Below are positions 50,155 to 59,752 of a stretch of DNA of 64,000 nt, in pieces (positions within the stretch are counted from its first letter, which is position 1; each line of letters begins with the position of its first letter). The notes under the pieces were generated by a model. The model saw only the letters and a program-made list of their open reading frames with translations, ran no database searches and was not told the origin of the DNA. The stretch covers positions 1-64,000 of the IMG/VR virus record IMGVR_UViG_3300036792_000176; one strand, given 5' to 3'. Source of the stretch: a virus. The position numbers and the translations under genes were made by a program.

Positions 50155-51093
50155 ATGCGTACGACAATCCGCCGAGCACTGCTCGGCATCAGCGCTGCGG
50201 CGCTGTGCGCGGTTGGCCTGGCTATCCCGGCCGTCGCGAATGCTTCTGCGAGTGTTGCGGCTACGCCGCTCAGTGTCGCTCTGTACCACAACGGTGACAG
50301 CAAGGCGACATGGGACGCCAGCGGCAACCCGGTTCTTACTGCCGGGACGGACGCCGGAACGTCCGCCCAGGTGCAGATCAAGAATGTGCACGGAACGCAG
50401 CTGCCCACCACCGAGCCGTCGTTCACCGCGTCGGCGTCCGGCGGTGGTGACCCGCGCTGGGTGATCGAGCTGCACAACGGCCAGTACCTGTTCGGCTACC
50501 CGTACCAGCCTGCGGCCACGCGCTGGTCGGTCAACCCGGGTGGCAACCAGAACACTGACTACGCAACAGCTGTCGCGGCTGCCGAGGCTGGCGGGTCTGA
50601 TAACTACATCACCGCCGCGTTCATCGTGGACGATCAGGGCGGCAACAGCCTGGGAGCGGTCACCCTGACCGGCGTCCAGTACAACGGGGAGACCCTGGCT
50701 GCTCCTGTCGTGTTCAGCGGCGGGATCGTGAACAAGAACAGCGGCAAGTGCCTGGACGTGACCGGGGCGTTCGGGACGTTTGCGGCCGGACAGGGCCTGC
50801 AGCAGTGGACGTGCGGCGCGGCGGGCGGCGAGGACCAGCACTTCACGCTGACCACTGAGCCGGACAACTCGTCGTACCTAACCATTGGCGGCCTGTACGT
50901 CACCACGAGCACCCAAGGTGCGCAGATGACCCTGGTGACGGCCCCGACCACAATGGTCAAGTCGGGCCCGTACTACAAGTGGACCTCACTGGTCATGGAT
51001 GTGCGGGCGCGCTCGCTCTCCAACGGCGCGGTCGTTCAGGGCTACGCCCAGCAGGCGACTAACAACAACAACCAGCAGTGGTCGCTCCCGTAA
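50155..51093 (+). CDS. Secreted protein with C-terminal ricin B lectin domain
   Basis: Signal peptide; NKNSGKCLDV, QQW.C, NQQW. Confidence 0.85.
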   Translation: MRTTIRRALLGISAAALCAVGLAIPAVANASASVAATPLSVALYHNGDSKATWDASGNPVLTAGTDAGTSAQVQIKNVHGTQLPTTEPSFTASASGGGDPRWVIELHNGQYLFGYPYQPAATRWSVNPGGNQNTDYATAVAAAEAGGSDNYITAAFIVDDQGGNSLGAVTLTGVQYNGETLAAPVVFSGGIVNKNSGKCLDVTGAFGTFAAGQGLQQWTCGAAGGEDQHFTLTTEPDNSSYLTIGGLYVTTSTQGAQMTLVTAPTTMVKSGPYYKWTSLVMDVRARSLSNGAVVQGYAQQATNNNNQQWSLP

Positions 51094-51177
51094 CACCTGA
51101 AGAACCCGCCCCGGTCCCTGGCGCTCGAGAGTCAGGGGCCGGGGCAGCCCCGAAAGATTTTGATTGACAATTGAATA

Positions 51178-51303
51178 GTGGTGGTCGAGTCGCAGGGTAA
51201 CACCTGGATCCTTGGAGGCGCTCTCTGGGCGAGCGGCGCATGACCGACAGTCCTTTCTGAGGGGTGGGGACTGGCTAGAGCGACTACGGACCAGGGCCAT
51301 CAC
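51178..51303 (+). ncRNA. Candidate multibranch structured RNA
   Basis: Closing stem GTGGTGGTC/GGCCATCAC; inner AGTCGC/GCGACT, CAGG/CCTG, CAGTCC/GGACTG. Confidence 0.45.
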
Positions 51304-51336
51304 ACTAAATCTTGGGTAGCGATCGAAAGGATTGAA

Positions 51337-51882
51337 GTGACAGAAGTTCTGATGACGGAGGGTGTTCAGCCAGGAGACGTCCTGGCCGTTCACACAGCTA
51401 GTTTCACATCCGGGGCAATCAGGCTCGGGGCAGCCCTCATCGATGAGGAGACGGCTGCTAACCATATCGCTGTCCTTGACCACCAGGACGCGAAGGGCAC
51501 ATGGTGGTGCATCGAGGGCAGGCCGGGCGGCGTCGGGTGGCGGGACGCGACGGGGTATCTGGGCAGCGTGTTCACGATAACCAACCGCAATCAGCCGAAG
51601 ACTCCTGTGCAGCGCACGGCCATAACGTTGGCCATGCGCTCCCTGCTAGGTGTGGGGTATGACTGGGAGGCCATCTTTCAGGATGGCGTGCGTGACCTGC
51701 ACATCCCGGACCCGTGGGCCGAGAAGTGGAAGGGCGAGGTGGCCGGACACGTCGTATGTTCAAGTGCCGCGACAATCGGCTACTACCGGGCAGCGCCCCT
51801 CGAGTACCCCAAGAATGTTGCCCAGCCCCTCGTGCAGCCTGCCGACTGGGTGCAGTTCATCGTTGAGAATCAGTTCCAGTAA
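51337..51882 (+). CDS. Permuted papain-like (NlpC/P60, YiiX/YebB-type) enzyme
   Basis: QPGD, NH.A, IEG...GV, G..YD, VCS. Confidence 0.75.
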   Translation: MTEVLMTEGVQPGDVLAVHTASFTSGAIRLGAALIDEETAANHIAVLDHQDAKGTWWCIEGRPGGVGWRDATGYLGSVFTITNRNQPKTPVQRTAITLAMRSLLGVGYDWEAIFQDGVRDLHIPDPWAEKWKGEVAGHVVCSSAATIGYYRAAPLEYPKNVAQPLVQPADWVQFIVENQFQ

Positions 51883-51890
51883 GGGGAGTA

Positions 51891-52316
51891 ATGAGCTATA
51901 CCGTAGGATTCAAGGTCACTAACGGACAGGTCCACGAGGTGACCGTGTCTGGCGGCCTTCCTGATGGAGAGTACCTCATCGGAGGGCACGAGGACCAGCT
52001 CGGTAACAGCATCAACGTCACCCGGAAGCTCCCGACCGGTATGCACGTCGTCGAGGCCCAGCACTACCAGTCCTACCACAACTACGACCCCGACAAGTTC
52101 CAGGTTCCGGTCGAGCCTGTTCGCAGGCCGTACGTAGAGGATGTCAGTCTTCCGGATGCTCCCGTCGTGAGTCCAGCCCGGCGAAAGACGGCCGAGCAGC
52201 CGGTCACTCCGCAGGACCCGAGTGAGGCCGAGCTGTACAACCCTGTGGCCAGCGTCAAGGCTCTGATGGACGATGACGATGACGAGCACGACGGTCCGGA
52301 CAACGCCTGGCGGTAA
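51891..52316 (+). CDS. Hypothetical protein
   Basis: GGGGAG RBS. Confidence 0.6.
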   Translation: MSYTVGFKVTNGQVHEVTVSGGLPDGEYLIGGHEDQLGNSINVTRKLPTGMHVVEAQHYQSYHNYDPDKFQVPVEPVRRPYVEDVSLPDAPVVSPARRKTAEQPVTPQDPSEAELYNPVASVKALMDDDDDEHDGPDNAWR

Positions 52317-52376
52317 ACAAGCTCCTCGGCTGGCCGTAAGTACAACGCGGACGTAAGTATGGCCAGCCGGGGTCAT

Positions 52377-52450
52377 GGCGGGGTGGAGCAGTTTGGTAGC
52401 TCGCCGGACTCATAATCCGTAGGTCGTCAGTTCGAATCTGGCCCCCGCTA
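52377..52450 (+). tRNA. tRNA-Met(CAT), initiator-like scaffold
   Basis: GGCGGGG/CCCCGCT acceptor, GAGC/GCTC D stem, CTCATAA loop, TTCGAAT T loop. Confidence 0.9.
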
Positions 52451-52487
52451 CGTGCATCCGCACAATTCCACCCGAGATTGGAATAGA

Positions 52488-53270
52488 ATGGAAGCTACAC
52501 TCAAGGAAGTCATCGAGAAGCCGGTTACCGGCCTCGCTGGCCGTACGCCCAGGGCGCAGTTCGAGATGCCGAGGACCAGCAAGAACAAGAAGGGCAAGGA
52601 GGTGCGCCTGTTCCTGGACGTCTCCGGCTCTGAGCAGGAGCTGGCCTCGCCCGACCTGGACCTCACCAAGGCGCAGGTGATCGAGAACAGCCTGCCCATC
52701 ATCGTCGGCAGGATCGCCAAGTACGACTCCAAGATGGTCGACGAGCAGTCCGGCGGATCTCCCGCCAAGGGAGGCGTGCTCACCTTCGCGTTCAGCTACG
52801 AGGGCGCGTACGAGGGATTCAACAAGGACGAGGCCAAGTTCGAGGACGAGCGCTTCCTGGGTGACATCAGCGAGGCGAACAGCCCCGAGAAGATGGCGCG
52901 CATCCACGCACTCATCGAGATGGGATGCACCACCAACATCGTCCCGGCCCTGGACGCCGCCAAGCTGGCGTACGAAACCGAGTTCCCCAATGGCGATGAG
53001 GACACCGCCATCGTCGACCTGGTGATCACCGACGGCAAGGTCAGTGACCACAAGAAGTTCGAGAACTGGCTCGATGACAACGCCGGTCCGTCGCACGTCA
53101 TCGTCGTGGTCATCATCGGCTATGGCCCCGGGGCGCAGGACGCCAAGAAGCACTACGACCAGATCGCCGACGACAACCGGTACCTCACGGTCGTGTGGCT
53201 CCCGGGCGTCGTCAACCCCGATGAGATCGCCACGGACGTCGAGCTCGCCTGCGGCCTTATCGCCGCCTAG
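52488..53270 (+). CDS. von Willebrand factor A domain protein
   Basis: MIDAS DVSGS, T, VITDG; VIIGYG. Confidence 0.85.
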   Translation: MEATLKEVIEKPVTGLAGRTPRAQFEMPRTSKNKKGKEVRLFLDVSGSEQELASPDLDLTKAQVIENSLPIIVGRIAKYDSKMVDEQSGGSPAKGGVLTFAFSYEGAYEGFNKDEAKFEDERFLGDISEANSPEKMARIHALIEMGCTTNIVPALDAAKLAYETEFPNGDEDTAIVDLVITDGKVSDHKKFENWLDDNAGPSHVIVVVIIGYGPGAQDAKKHYDQIADDNRYLTVVWLPGVVNPDEIATDVELACGLIAA

Positions 53271-53381
53271 TACTCCTGCCGCGCTAACGACACCGTGAGA
53301 TCGACGGGGCAGGACACAACTGAATAAACAACTGAACGTCCTGCCCGCACCGTGTGGATCACAAGGCCGAGCAGGACACGG

Positions 53382-53450
53382 GGAGAGCTACCTCAGTGGA
53401 AAGAGGACCGGGTTGCCGGGAAGTGACGGGTTCGAGTCCCGTGCTCTCCA
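53382..53450 (+). ncRNA. tRNA-like RNA lacking a canonical anticodon loop
   Basis: Perfect acceptor GGAGAGC/GCTCTCC, D arm CCTC/GAGG, T arm ACGGG-TTCGAGT-CCCGT; anticodon arm only CCGG-GTTG-CCGG. Confidence 0.8.
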
Positions 53451-53566
53451 CGGCAGGCCAGGGCCTGAAAATCCCTGAATCCTGCAACCGGATGCTAGTC
53501 TGGGGCCGGGTGCGCCGTCGCTCGCTAGCACGATCGGCGGGCACCCGGTTGACTAAGGAGGAATTG

Positions 53567-53917
53567 ATGAGTGACGTACGCGACTCCGCTACCGATCAGC
53601 CCCTGCCTAAGCCTGGCAAGAAGCTTGTCCAGGAGAGGCTTATTGGATTCATACGTGGAGAGCATTTTAGCAACGATGTCTCGTTTGAGATAACAAGCGG
53701 CATAGAGCAGCGCCGAGAGCTGGGGATCAAGAAGTACGGCACTCCCGTTCAGACGTTCAATGGCAGGGATGCGCTTCTTGATGCATGGCAGGAATCTCTT
53801 GACCTGTTGACGTACATTTATCAGCTAGACCTTGAAGAAGGAGGATGGGAGGAAACCCTTCACAGAGTTATAGTGGTAGTAGAGGATCTTGCATATGCAA
53901 GGATACGCAGATCCTGA
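53567..53917 (+). CDS. MazG-like all-alpha NTP pyrophosphatase family protein
   Basis: R..LG..KYG......GRD.L.DA.QE.LD...Y. Confidence 0.6.
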   Translation: MSDVRDSATDQPLPKPGKKLVQERLIGFIRGEHFSNDVSFEITSGIEQRRELGIKKYGTPVQTFNGRDALLDAWQESLDLLTYIYQLDLEEGGWEETLHRVIVVVEDLAYARIRRS

Positions 53918-54123
53918 TGCCAGTTCCAGAGCGCGTGACGGCATCCGTCCGCCCAGAGATATTCGAGGACCTCCGCAAGAGTGTAGAGAGGAATGGGGTC
54001 TCGCAGACGTATATCATAAACCAGGCTATTAAATTGTACGAGTTTGTTGACTCCGAGATCGCTGCTGGTGCAGACATGATACTGCGCCGAGATGGTGTAG
54101 AGAAGCTTATAGAACTGTTCTAG
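53917..54123 (+). CDS. Ribbon-helix-helix DNA-binding protein
   Basis: RVTASV.PE....L......GVSQT.IIN.AI..Y. Confidence 0.7.
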   Translation: MPVPERVTASVRPEIFEDLRKSVERNGVSQTYIINQAIKLYEFVDSEIAAGADMILRRDGVEKLIELF

Positions 54124-54196
54124 GGGTGTTAGCTCAGCCGGTCAGAGCAGCGGACTCATAATCCGCCGGTCGTGGGTTCGAGCCCCACACACCCCA
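54123..54196 (+). tRNA. tRNA with CAT anticodon (Ile2/lysidine-type or elongator Met)
   Basis: Full cloverleaf GGGGTGT/ACACCCC, GCGGA-CTCATAA-TCCGC, GTGGG-TTCGAGC-CCCAC. Confidence 0.92.
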
Positions 54197-54312
54197 CAGG
54201 GAAGGAGGAAGCCGTATGTGAGCACCTAGATCACACGCCGTGCCTTGCGTGTCGTGCACCACAGCGACGGCAGCGGCATCCTTCTTCCCGCAAGGTTGCC
54301 ACGGGATCCCAC

Positions 54313-54366
54313 GGGGTAGGCGAGAGTGGCAGGGCATGTCGGTTCGAATCCGGCCCGCCTACCCCA
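54313..54366 (+). ncRNA. Minimal tRNA-like element (long acceptor-like stem + T arm)
   Basis: GGGGTAGGCG/CGCCTACCCC plus GTCGG-TTCGAAT-CCGGC. Confidence 0.65.
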
Positions 54367-54386
54367 CCTAAGTAAGGAGAGGTTAA

Positions 54387-54764
54387 TTGACTGATCAGGT
54401 CCCAGAGAAGATCCCCGCTCCGGAATACGACCCCACAGCCGGTCGGCCTAATCCAGTGCCGGAAACGGTAACCCCTGAGTCGAGGGCGGACGAGGCGGGC
54501 CAGGAGACAATCGCTCCCGAAGTCAAGCACGTCAGCATTCAGGGTGTGGGCGCTACGGCCGGAACCGCTGTGCCAGCAGTCACCCCGGAGAAGCTACAGG
54601 CTGACGTGCAGGACGTCGAGGCGAAGGCAAAGCCGGTCGTAATCAAGCTGGAGCACGCCATCGCGGCCATCGACAAGTTCCAGGTCGAGAACCCCGGCAT
54701 CAGGTCCTGGGTTGTCGAGGGACTCAAGGACGCGCTGACCGCCATCGAGCATCACGAGAGCTAG
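54387..54764 (+). CDS. Hypothetical protein
   Basis: AAGGAGAGG RBS, TTG start, followed by a hairpin. Confidence 0.65.
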   Translation: MTDQVPEKIPAPEYDPTAGRPNPVPETVTPESRADEAGQETIAPEVKHVSIQGVGATAGTAVPAVTPEKLQADVQDVEAKAKPVVIKLEHAIAAIDKFQVENPGIRSWVVEGLKDALTAIEHHES

Positions 54765-54997
54765 CCGATCGCCCCGCCTGGGATATCCTGGGCGGGGCAG
54801 CACTCGTTAAGGAGCGGATATGTATTCAAGTCACGAGCTAGCCAGGCGCTTGCTAGAGCTGCCCGACATCGATGTCGTCCTGACGGAAGACGGAGAAGCC
54901 ATAACCGGAGCACACGAGAGCACATACGACGATGGCCAGGCAATAGACGTCGAGTGCATCACTCTCGAGACAGGATCCGAAGAAGAGTCTGAGTAAC

Positions 54998-55996
54998 ATG
55001 GCACCGATCATCCTCCCTATCGTAACCACTAGCGAGCGAACGTGCTTCCGTCGCTGCCCACAGAAGTGGTACTGGCGCTACGTTGATGGCATGGTGCCCA
55101 AGGGAGACGTACCGGATGCTCTCTGGTTCGGCATAGGAGTTCACGAGGCGCTCGCTGCATGGTATCTGAAGGGGAAGAAGCGTGGCCCGCATCCCGCTGA
55201 CACCTTCCTGGAGTGGATCGGTGACGAGCAGCGCCACATTCTCGTGTCCCCGGCCGACCACGAGCGCGCCGACGACGAGCGTGCCAAGTTCGACGATGCC
55301 AGGGAACTCGGTGTGTCCATGCTAGAGGGGTATGTCGAGGAGTGGGGCGAGGATAGCCACTGGCAGGTGCTAGCGATCGAGCGCCCATTCAAGGTGCTGG
55401 TCAAGCACAATGGCGTATCTATCGCTCGCTTCTGGAGTACATGGGACGGCGTGTACCGCGATCTGCGTGACGGCCGCATATACCTCATGGAGCACAAGAC
55501 CGCCTCTCAGATACAGACGTCCTACCTCGAGCTCGATGACCAAGCGGGTATCTACTGGGCGCTAGCCGGTGCTATCCTCCGTAAGGAGGGTGTGCTGAAG
55601 GATCGCGAGGAGATCGCTGGCATACAGTACAACTTCCTGCGCAAGAGCAAGCCTGATGAGCGCCCACGGGACGCGAGCGGCGCGTACCTGAATCAGAATG
55701 GCTCTGTGAGCAAGCGTCAGCCGCCTGAGCGCTACGTCCGGCCGGATCCTATCGAGCGCAGCCCCAGAGAGCGCAAGACTCAGCTCGAGCGTCTCGAGGG
55801 TGAGGTGGTCTGGATGAATGCTATGCGTTGGGGCGATATGCCTGTCATCAAGAGCACCCAGAAGGACTGCACATTCTGCGAGTTCTTCATCATGTGCAAG
55901 GCCCACGAGCGCGGTGGTGAGAACTGGAAGCAGATAGCCAATTCTCAGTTCGCCATTGGCGAAGACCCCTACGACCGATACCGAAAGGCCGCCTGA
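54998..55996 (+). CDS. PD-(D/E)XK (RecB/Cas4-like) exonuclease
   Basis: S....F.RCP..W, FG..VH.AL, E..F, D......EHKT, Q...Y, C.FC.F...C. Confidence 0.88.
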   Translation: MAPIILPIVTTSERTCFRRCPQKWYWRYVDGMVPKGDVPDALWFGIGVHEALAAWYLKGKKRGPHPADTFLEWIGDEQRHILVSPADHERADDERAKFDDARELGVSMLEGYVEEWGEDSHWQVLAIERPFKVLVKHNGVSIARFWSTWDGVYRDLRDGRIYLMEHKTASQIQTSYLELDDQAGIYWALAGAILRKEGVLKDREEIAGIQYNFLRKSKPDERPRDASGAYLNQNGSVSKRQPPERYVRPDPIERSPRERKTQLERLEGEVVWMNAMRWGDMPVIKSTQKDCTFCEFFIMCKAHERGGENWKQIANSQFAIGEDPYDRYRKAA

Positions 55997-56044
55997 CAAT
56001 TTTGCATTACGCTCCGGATACGGTATAATAGTAGTGATGAAAGG

Positions 56045-56953
56045 ATGCAGATGGCACCAGTCAAGCGGGGCGCTCGTCGTGGCCGGCCAACCGCTAAGTC
56101 ACAGCGTGAAGAGCCAGAGAGCATGGAGGTTGATGAGGTCGAGGTCGATATTGAGGATCTCGGCTCATTCGCTGAGAGCATCAACATACTGCTCTATGGC
56201 CCTAGTGGTGTGGGGAAGACCGTACTTGCCGGTGGTGCCCCGAACGCTACTTTCTTCTCGACAGAAAAGGGTGTCATTGCGGCTCGCCGAGCAGGCCACA
56301 AGGCTGGGCTGATCCGTGTGCCTACCTGGGAGCACGTCGTGGCAGGCCTCAAGGTGGCAGACGCCAGACTGGGCCCTGAAGACTGGCTTATCGTCGACAG
56401 CATCACGAAGATGCAGATGCTGTACATTCGATGGATCCTCAAGGTCAACAATCAGCGCAACGGCTCTCGTGACCTTGACATCCCTGCCATCCAGGATCAC
56501 CAGAAGTGGCAGAACGGGTACATGCGCTTCATCGACCATATCGTCGATGCGCAGTACAACTCCATACTGATCGCCACGCAGATGATGAAGGAGGACGAGG
56601 AGGGGGAGGACATGATCCTCCCGGCTATCACCGGCAAGGGATACGCGATAGCCGAGTATGTCTGCGCCCAGACAGACGTGAATCTGTACTACAACGTCTC
56701 GGCCACTGCCAGCACCGACGATATGACCATCCGGAGAGCCCTCGCACAACCATATCCCCCTTACCACGCCAAGGACCGGTACAACTGCCTCGGGAAGTTC
56801 GTGGACGTGGAAGAGAACGATTTCGGAGCGATGAATGGAATCATCGGCAGTATCCAGTCAAGCCTCGACGAGCCCGCAAACGACGAGGTACATCAAGTGC
56901 AGCCAGCACAACTCAATCGTCGCACGCGGAAGCGGAATAAGGCTAGTGCATAA
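56045..56953 (+). CDS. AAA_24/Sak4-like ATPase (recombinase)
   Basis: ILLYGPSGVGKT, LIVDSIT, AKDR; lies between nuclease and SSB. Confidence 0.85.
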   Translation: MQMAPVKRGARRGRPTAKSQREEPESMEVDEVEVDIEDLGSFAESINILLYGPSGVGKTVLAGGAPNATFFSTEKGVIAARRAGHKAGLIRVPTWEHVVAGLKVADARLGPEDWLIVDSITKMQMLYIRWILKVNNQRNGSRDLDIPAIQDHQKWQNGYMRFIDHIVDAQYNSILIATQMMKEDEEGEDMILPAITGKGYAIAEYVCAQTDVNLYYNVSATASTDDMTIRRALAQPYPPYHAKDRYNCLGKFVDVEENDFGAMNGIIGSIQSSLDEPANDEVHQVQPAQLNRRTRKRNKASA

Positions 56954-57048
56954 GAAGTCTGGCGTGATTTGCACCAGCCAAATGTTCCAGGTCGTCGAGG
57001 TTCCCAAGGTGAACCGAGAGACGGCATTCGCTGAATTTATGGGATGGG

Positions 57049-57355
57049 ATGGCGATGGGCCCGAGCAGCGATCGTCCTCTGCACCCTGATGAGAAGCTCG
57101 GGATCACCGAGCATAAGCCCGAGACATTCTTCATCGTGACAAATGGAGGTCCGCATCCAGGAACCAGGGTGACGGATGAGGGCCAGATGCCATGGCCACT
57201 ACCCGGCATCCTAGGCGACTCGGGCGGACGGTACATCAAGATCTCCGAGAGCAATCTCGGTCCGCAGGGCGCTGGCAGCCGTATCGTGCGAAGCGCTCTG
57301 TACAAATGGGAGTCGGATACCCCATCCGGCGTCGTAGAAGGAGAGGCAGGCCAAG

Positions 57356-57363
<8 letters not shown>
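57049..57363 (+). CDS. Hypothetical protein
   Basis: ORF overlapping the SSB start. Confidence 0.5.
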
Positions 57364-58225
<862 letters not shown>

Positions 58226-58244
58226 CAATCCCCCTCAAATAGAC

Positions 58245-58279
58245 GTCCGGCCTGGGCTCTCGCGGGGTCCAGGCCGGAC
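58245..58279 (+). terminator. Hairpin
   Basis: GTCCGGCCTGG...CCAGGCCGGAC. Confidence 0.6.
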
Positions 58280-58291
58280 CCAGGAGCAGTT

Positions 58292-58615
58292 GTGAATGAT
58301 CTAGTCTTCAGGGAAATACAGCTCAACGGCAAGATTACGGTAGAGCTTCCGGCGCATGTATGGATCGGATTCCTCTACGAGTACTCCTCCTGTGAATGGA
58401 ACGGCATATGCGCCAATAGCATAGTTGGCGCTATCCAGGACGGCATGCTTAGCCCTCTGTACGTCAAGGAGAGGGAGGCGGCCATACAAGAGCATTCGGC
58501 CAAGCACAATTCGATCTTCGCGTCATTCCTTGGCATGCCCCCTGGCGTTCCGCCGAACATCTCCGGGATAACCGACGTCGAGCCGAACGAGGAAAACGGA
58601 GAATCGACAAGTTGA
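58292..58615 (+). CDS. Hypothetical protein
   Basis: AGGAG RBS, GTG start. Confidence 0.55.
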   Translation: MNDLVFREIQLNGKITVELPAHVWIGFLYEYSSCEWNGICANSIVGAIQDGMLSPLYVKEREAAIQEHSAKHNSIFASFLGMPPGVPPNISGITDVEPNEENGESTS

Positions 58616-59442
58616 TAGTCGAGGTGATTGGGTGCGGACCGGCCGGTCTGGCAGCAGCTCACGCCGCTAAGGGTCTGGGCGCAGACGTCGTCATATACGC
58701 CCCAAAGGCGATGACACCCCAGCGCGGGCCGCTCCTTATGCAGCGTCCAATACCGGGCATCAACACAGGACACCCCGATGGCACGATACACCAGGTCGTT
58801 ATCAACGGAAGCATCCTTGACTACCGATACAAGCTATACGGTGACATCAACATCGGTATCAACGGGGACATCCTGAAGCCGCACTACCATGCCTGGAAGC
58901 ATAACGAGACGTACGAGACACTATGGGGGATGTACGAGCATCTTGTGGTAGACCGTCGAATCAGGGCTACCGAGCTTGCGTCCATGCATCGCCAATCTGA
59001 TCTCGTTGTGAGCACAGCGAATGCGGAGAGCATGTGTATGCGTGGACATACATTCGTCAGCAAGAGTGTTGCGGTAACGACTAGGGCATCGTTTCTCGAT
59101 CAACCTGATAACACGATCATATTCAATGCCGGGGACAGCCCAGACTGGGTTCGTAGCTCACTTGTCTTCGGCGTAGGATCAACAGAGTGGCCGACAGACA
59201 GAGCGCCATCCGGGTCGCACATCATCCGGAAGCCGGTCAGTACGGACTGCGACTGCTATCCTCATGTTCTCCGTACCGGCCGCTTCGGGAAGTGGCAGAA
59301 CGAGACCTGGGTAGATACCGCTTACTGGGACGCGTACAATGCCGTGTACAGCATAAAGCACAAAGAAGAAAGGTACCTTATCGATGGCATCTCAGGCGGG
59401 TTCACAGGAGCAGGACTGCTCGATCTGTCTACTGATAGCTAA
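58612..59442 (+). CDS. FAD/NAD-dependent oxidoreductase (UDP-galactopyranose mutase-like fold)
   Basis: N-terminal VIGCGPAGLAAA; DLVVST; C-terminal GRFG.W. Confidence 0.75.
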   Translation: MIVEVIGCGPAGLAAAHAAKGLGADVVIYAPKAMTPQRGPLLMQRPIPGINTGHPDGTIHQVVINGSILDYRYKLYGDINIGINGDILKPHYHAWKHNETYETLWGMYEHLVVDRRIRATELASMHRQSDLVVSTANAESMCMRGHTFVSKSVAVTTRASFLDQPDNTIIFNAGDSPDWVRSSLVFGVGSTEWPTDRAPSGSHIIRKPVSTDCDCYPHVLRTGRFGKWQNETWVDTAYWDAYNAVYSIKHKEERYLIDGISGGFTGAGLLDLSTDS

Positions 59443-59752
59443 CAGGAGGTACATCGAGCTCCACGAACACGGCGTACTCTTCATACCGAACAATGCGGTC
59501 AAGGAAGGGCATATATGTATCGCCCCTCGCATACATGTCCGTAACGTAATCACCAACCCGGTGATAACCGCCCAGGTGTTCCGGCTCGCTGCCATGCGAG
59601 CGGCGGTACTAGCTCCGGTATGTACCATGAGCACAACGGCCGGTAGTGAGTCGGCAAAGATAATCCCCCATTTCTACATTCACGTGATCCCCTCGACGGA
59701 CGAGGAGATAGCCGAGCAGCTTAAGAAGAGGATCAATGAGTCAGGATCGTAA
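59384..59752 (+). CDS. HIT-family protein with variant triad (HFYIH)
   Basis: CxxC, GH..IAP..H, G......PH.Y.HVIP. Confidence 0.7.
   Translation: MASQAGSQEQDCSICLLIANRRYIELHEHGVLFIPNNAVKEGHICIAPRIHVRNVITNPVITAQVFRLAAMRAAVLAPVCTMSTTAGSESAKIIPHFYIHVIPSTDEEIAEQLKKRINESGS

Noticed and set aside
52488-53270. Ro60/TROVE protein
   Set aside because: Only a vWA domain is present; too short for a TROVE ring.
54998-55996. Cas4 implying a CRISPR system
   Set aside because: Context (Sak4-like ATPase and SSB) indicates a phage recombination exonuclease.
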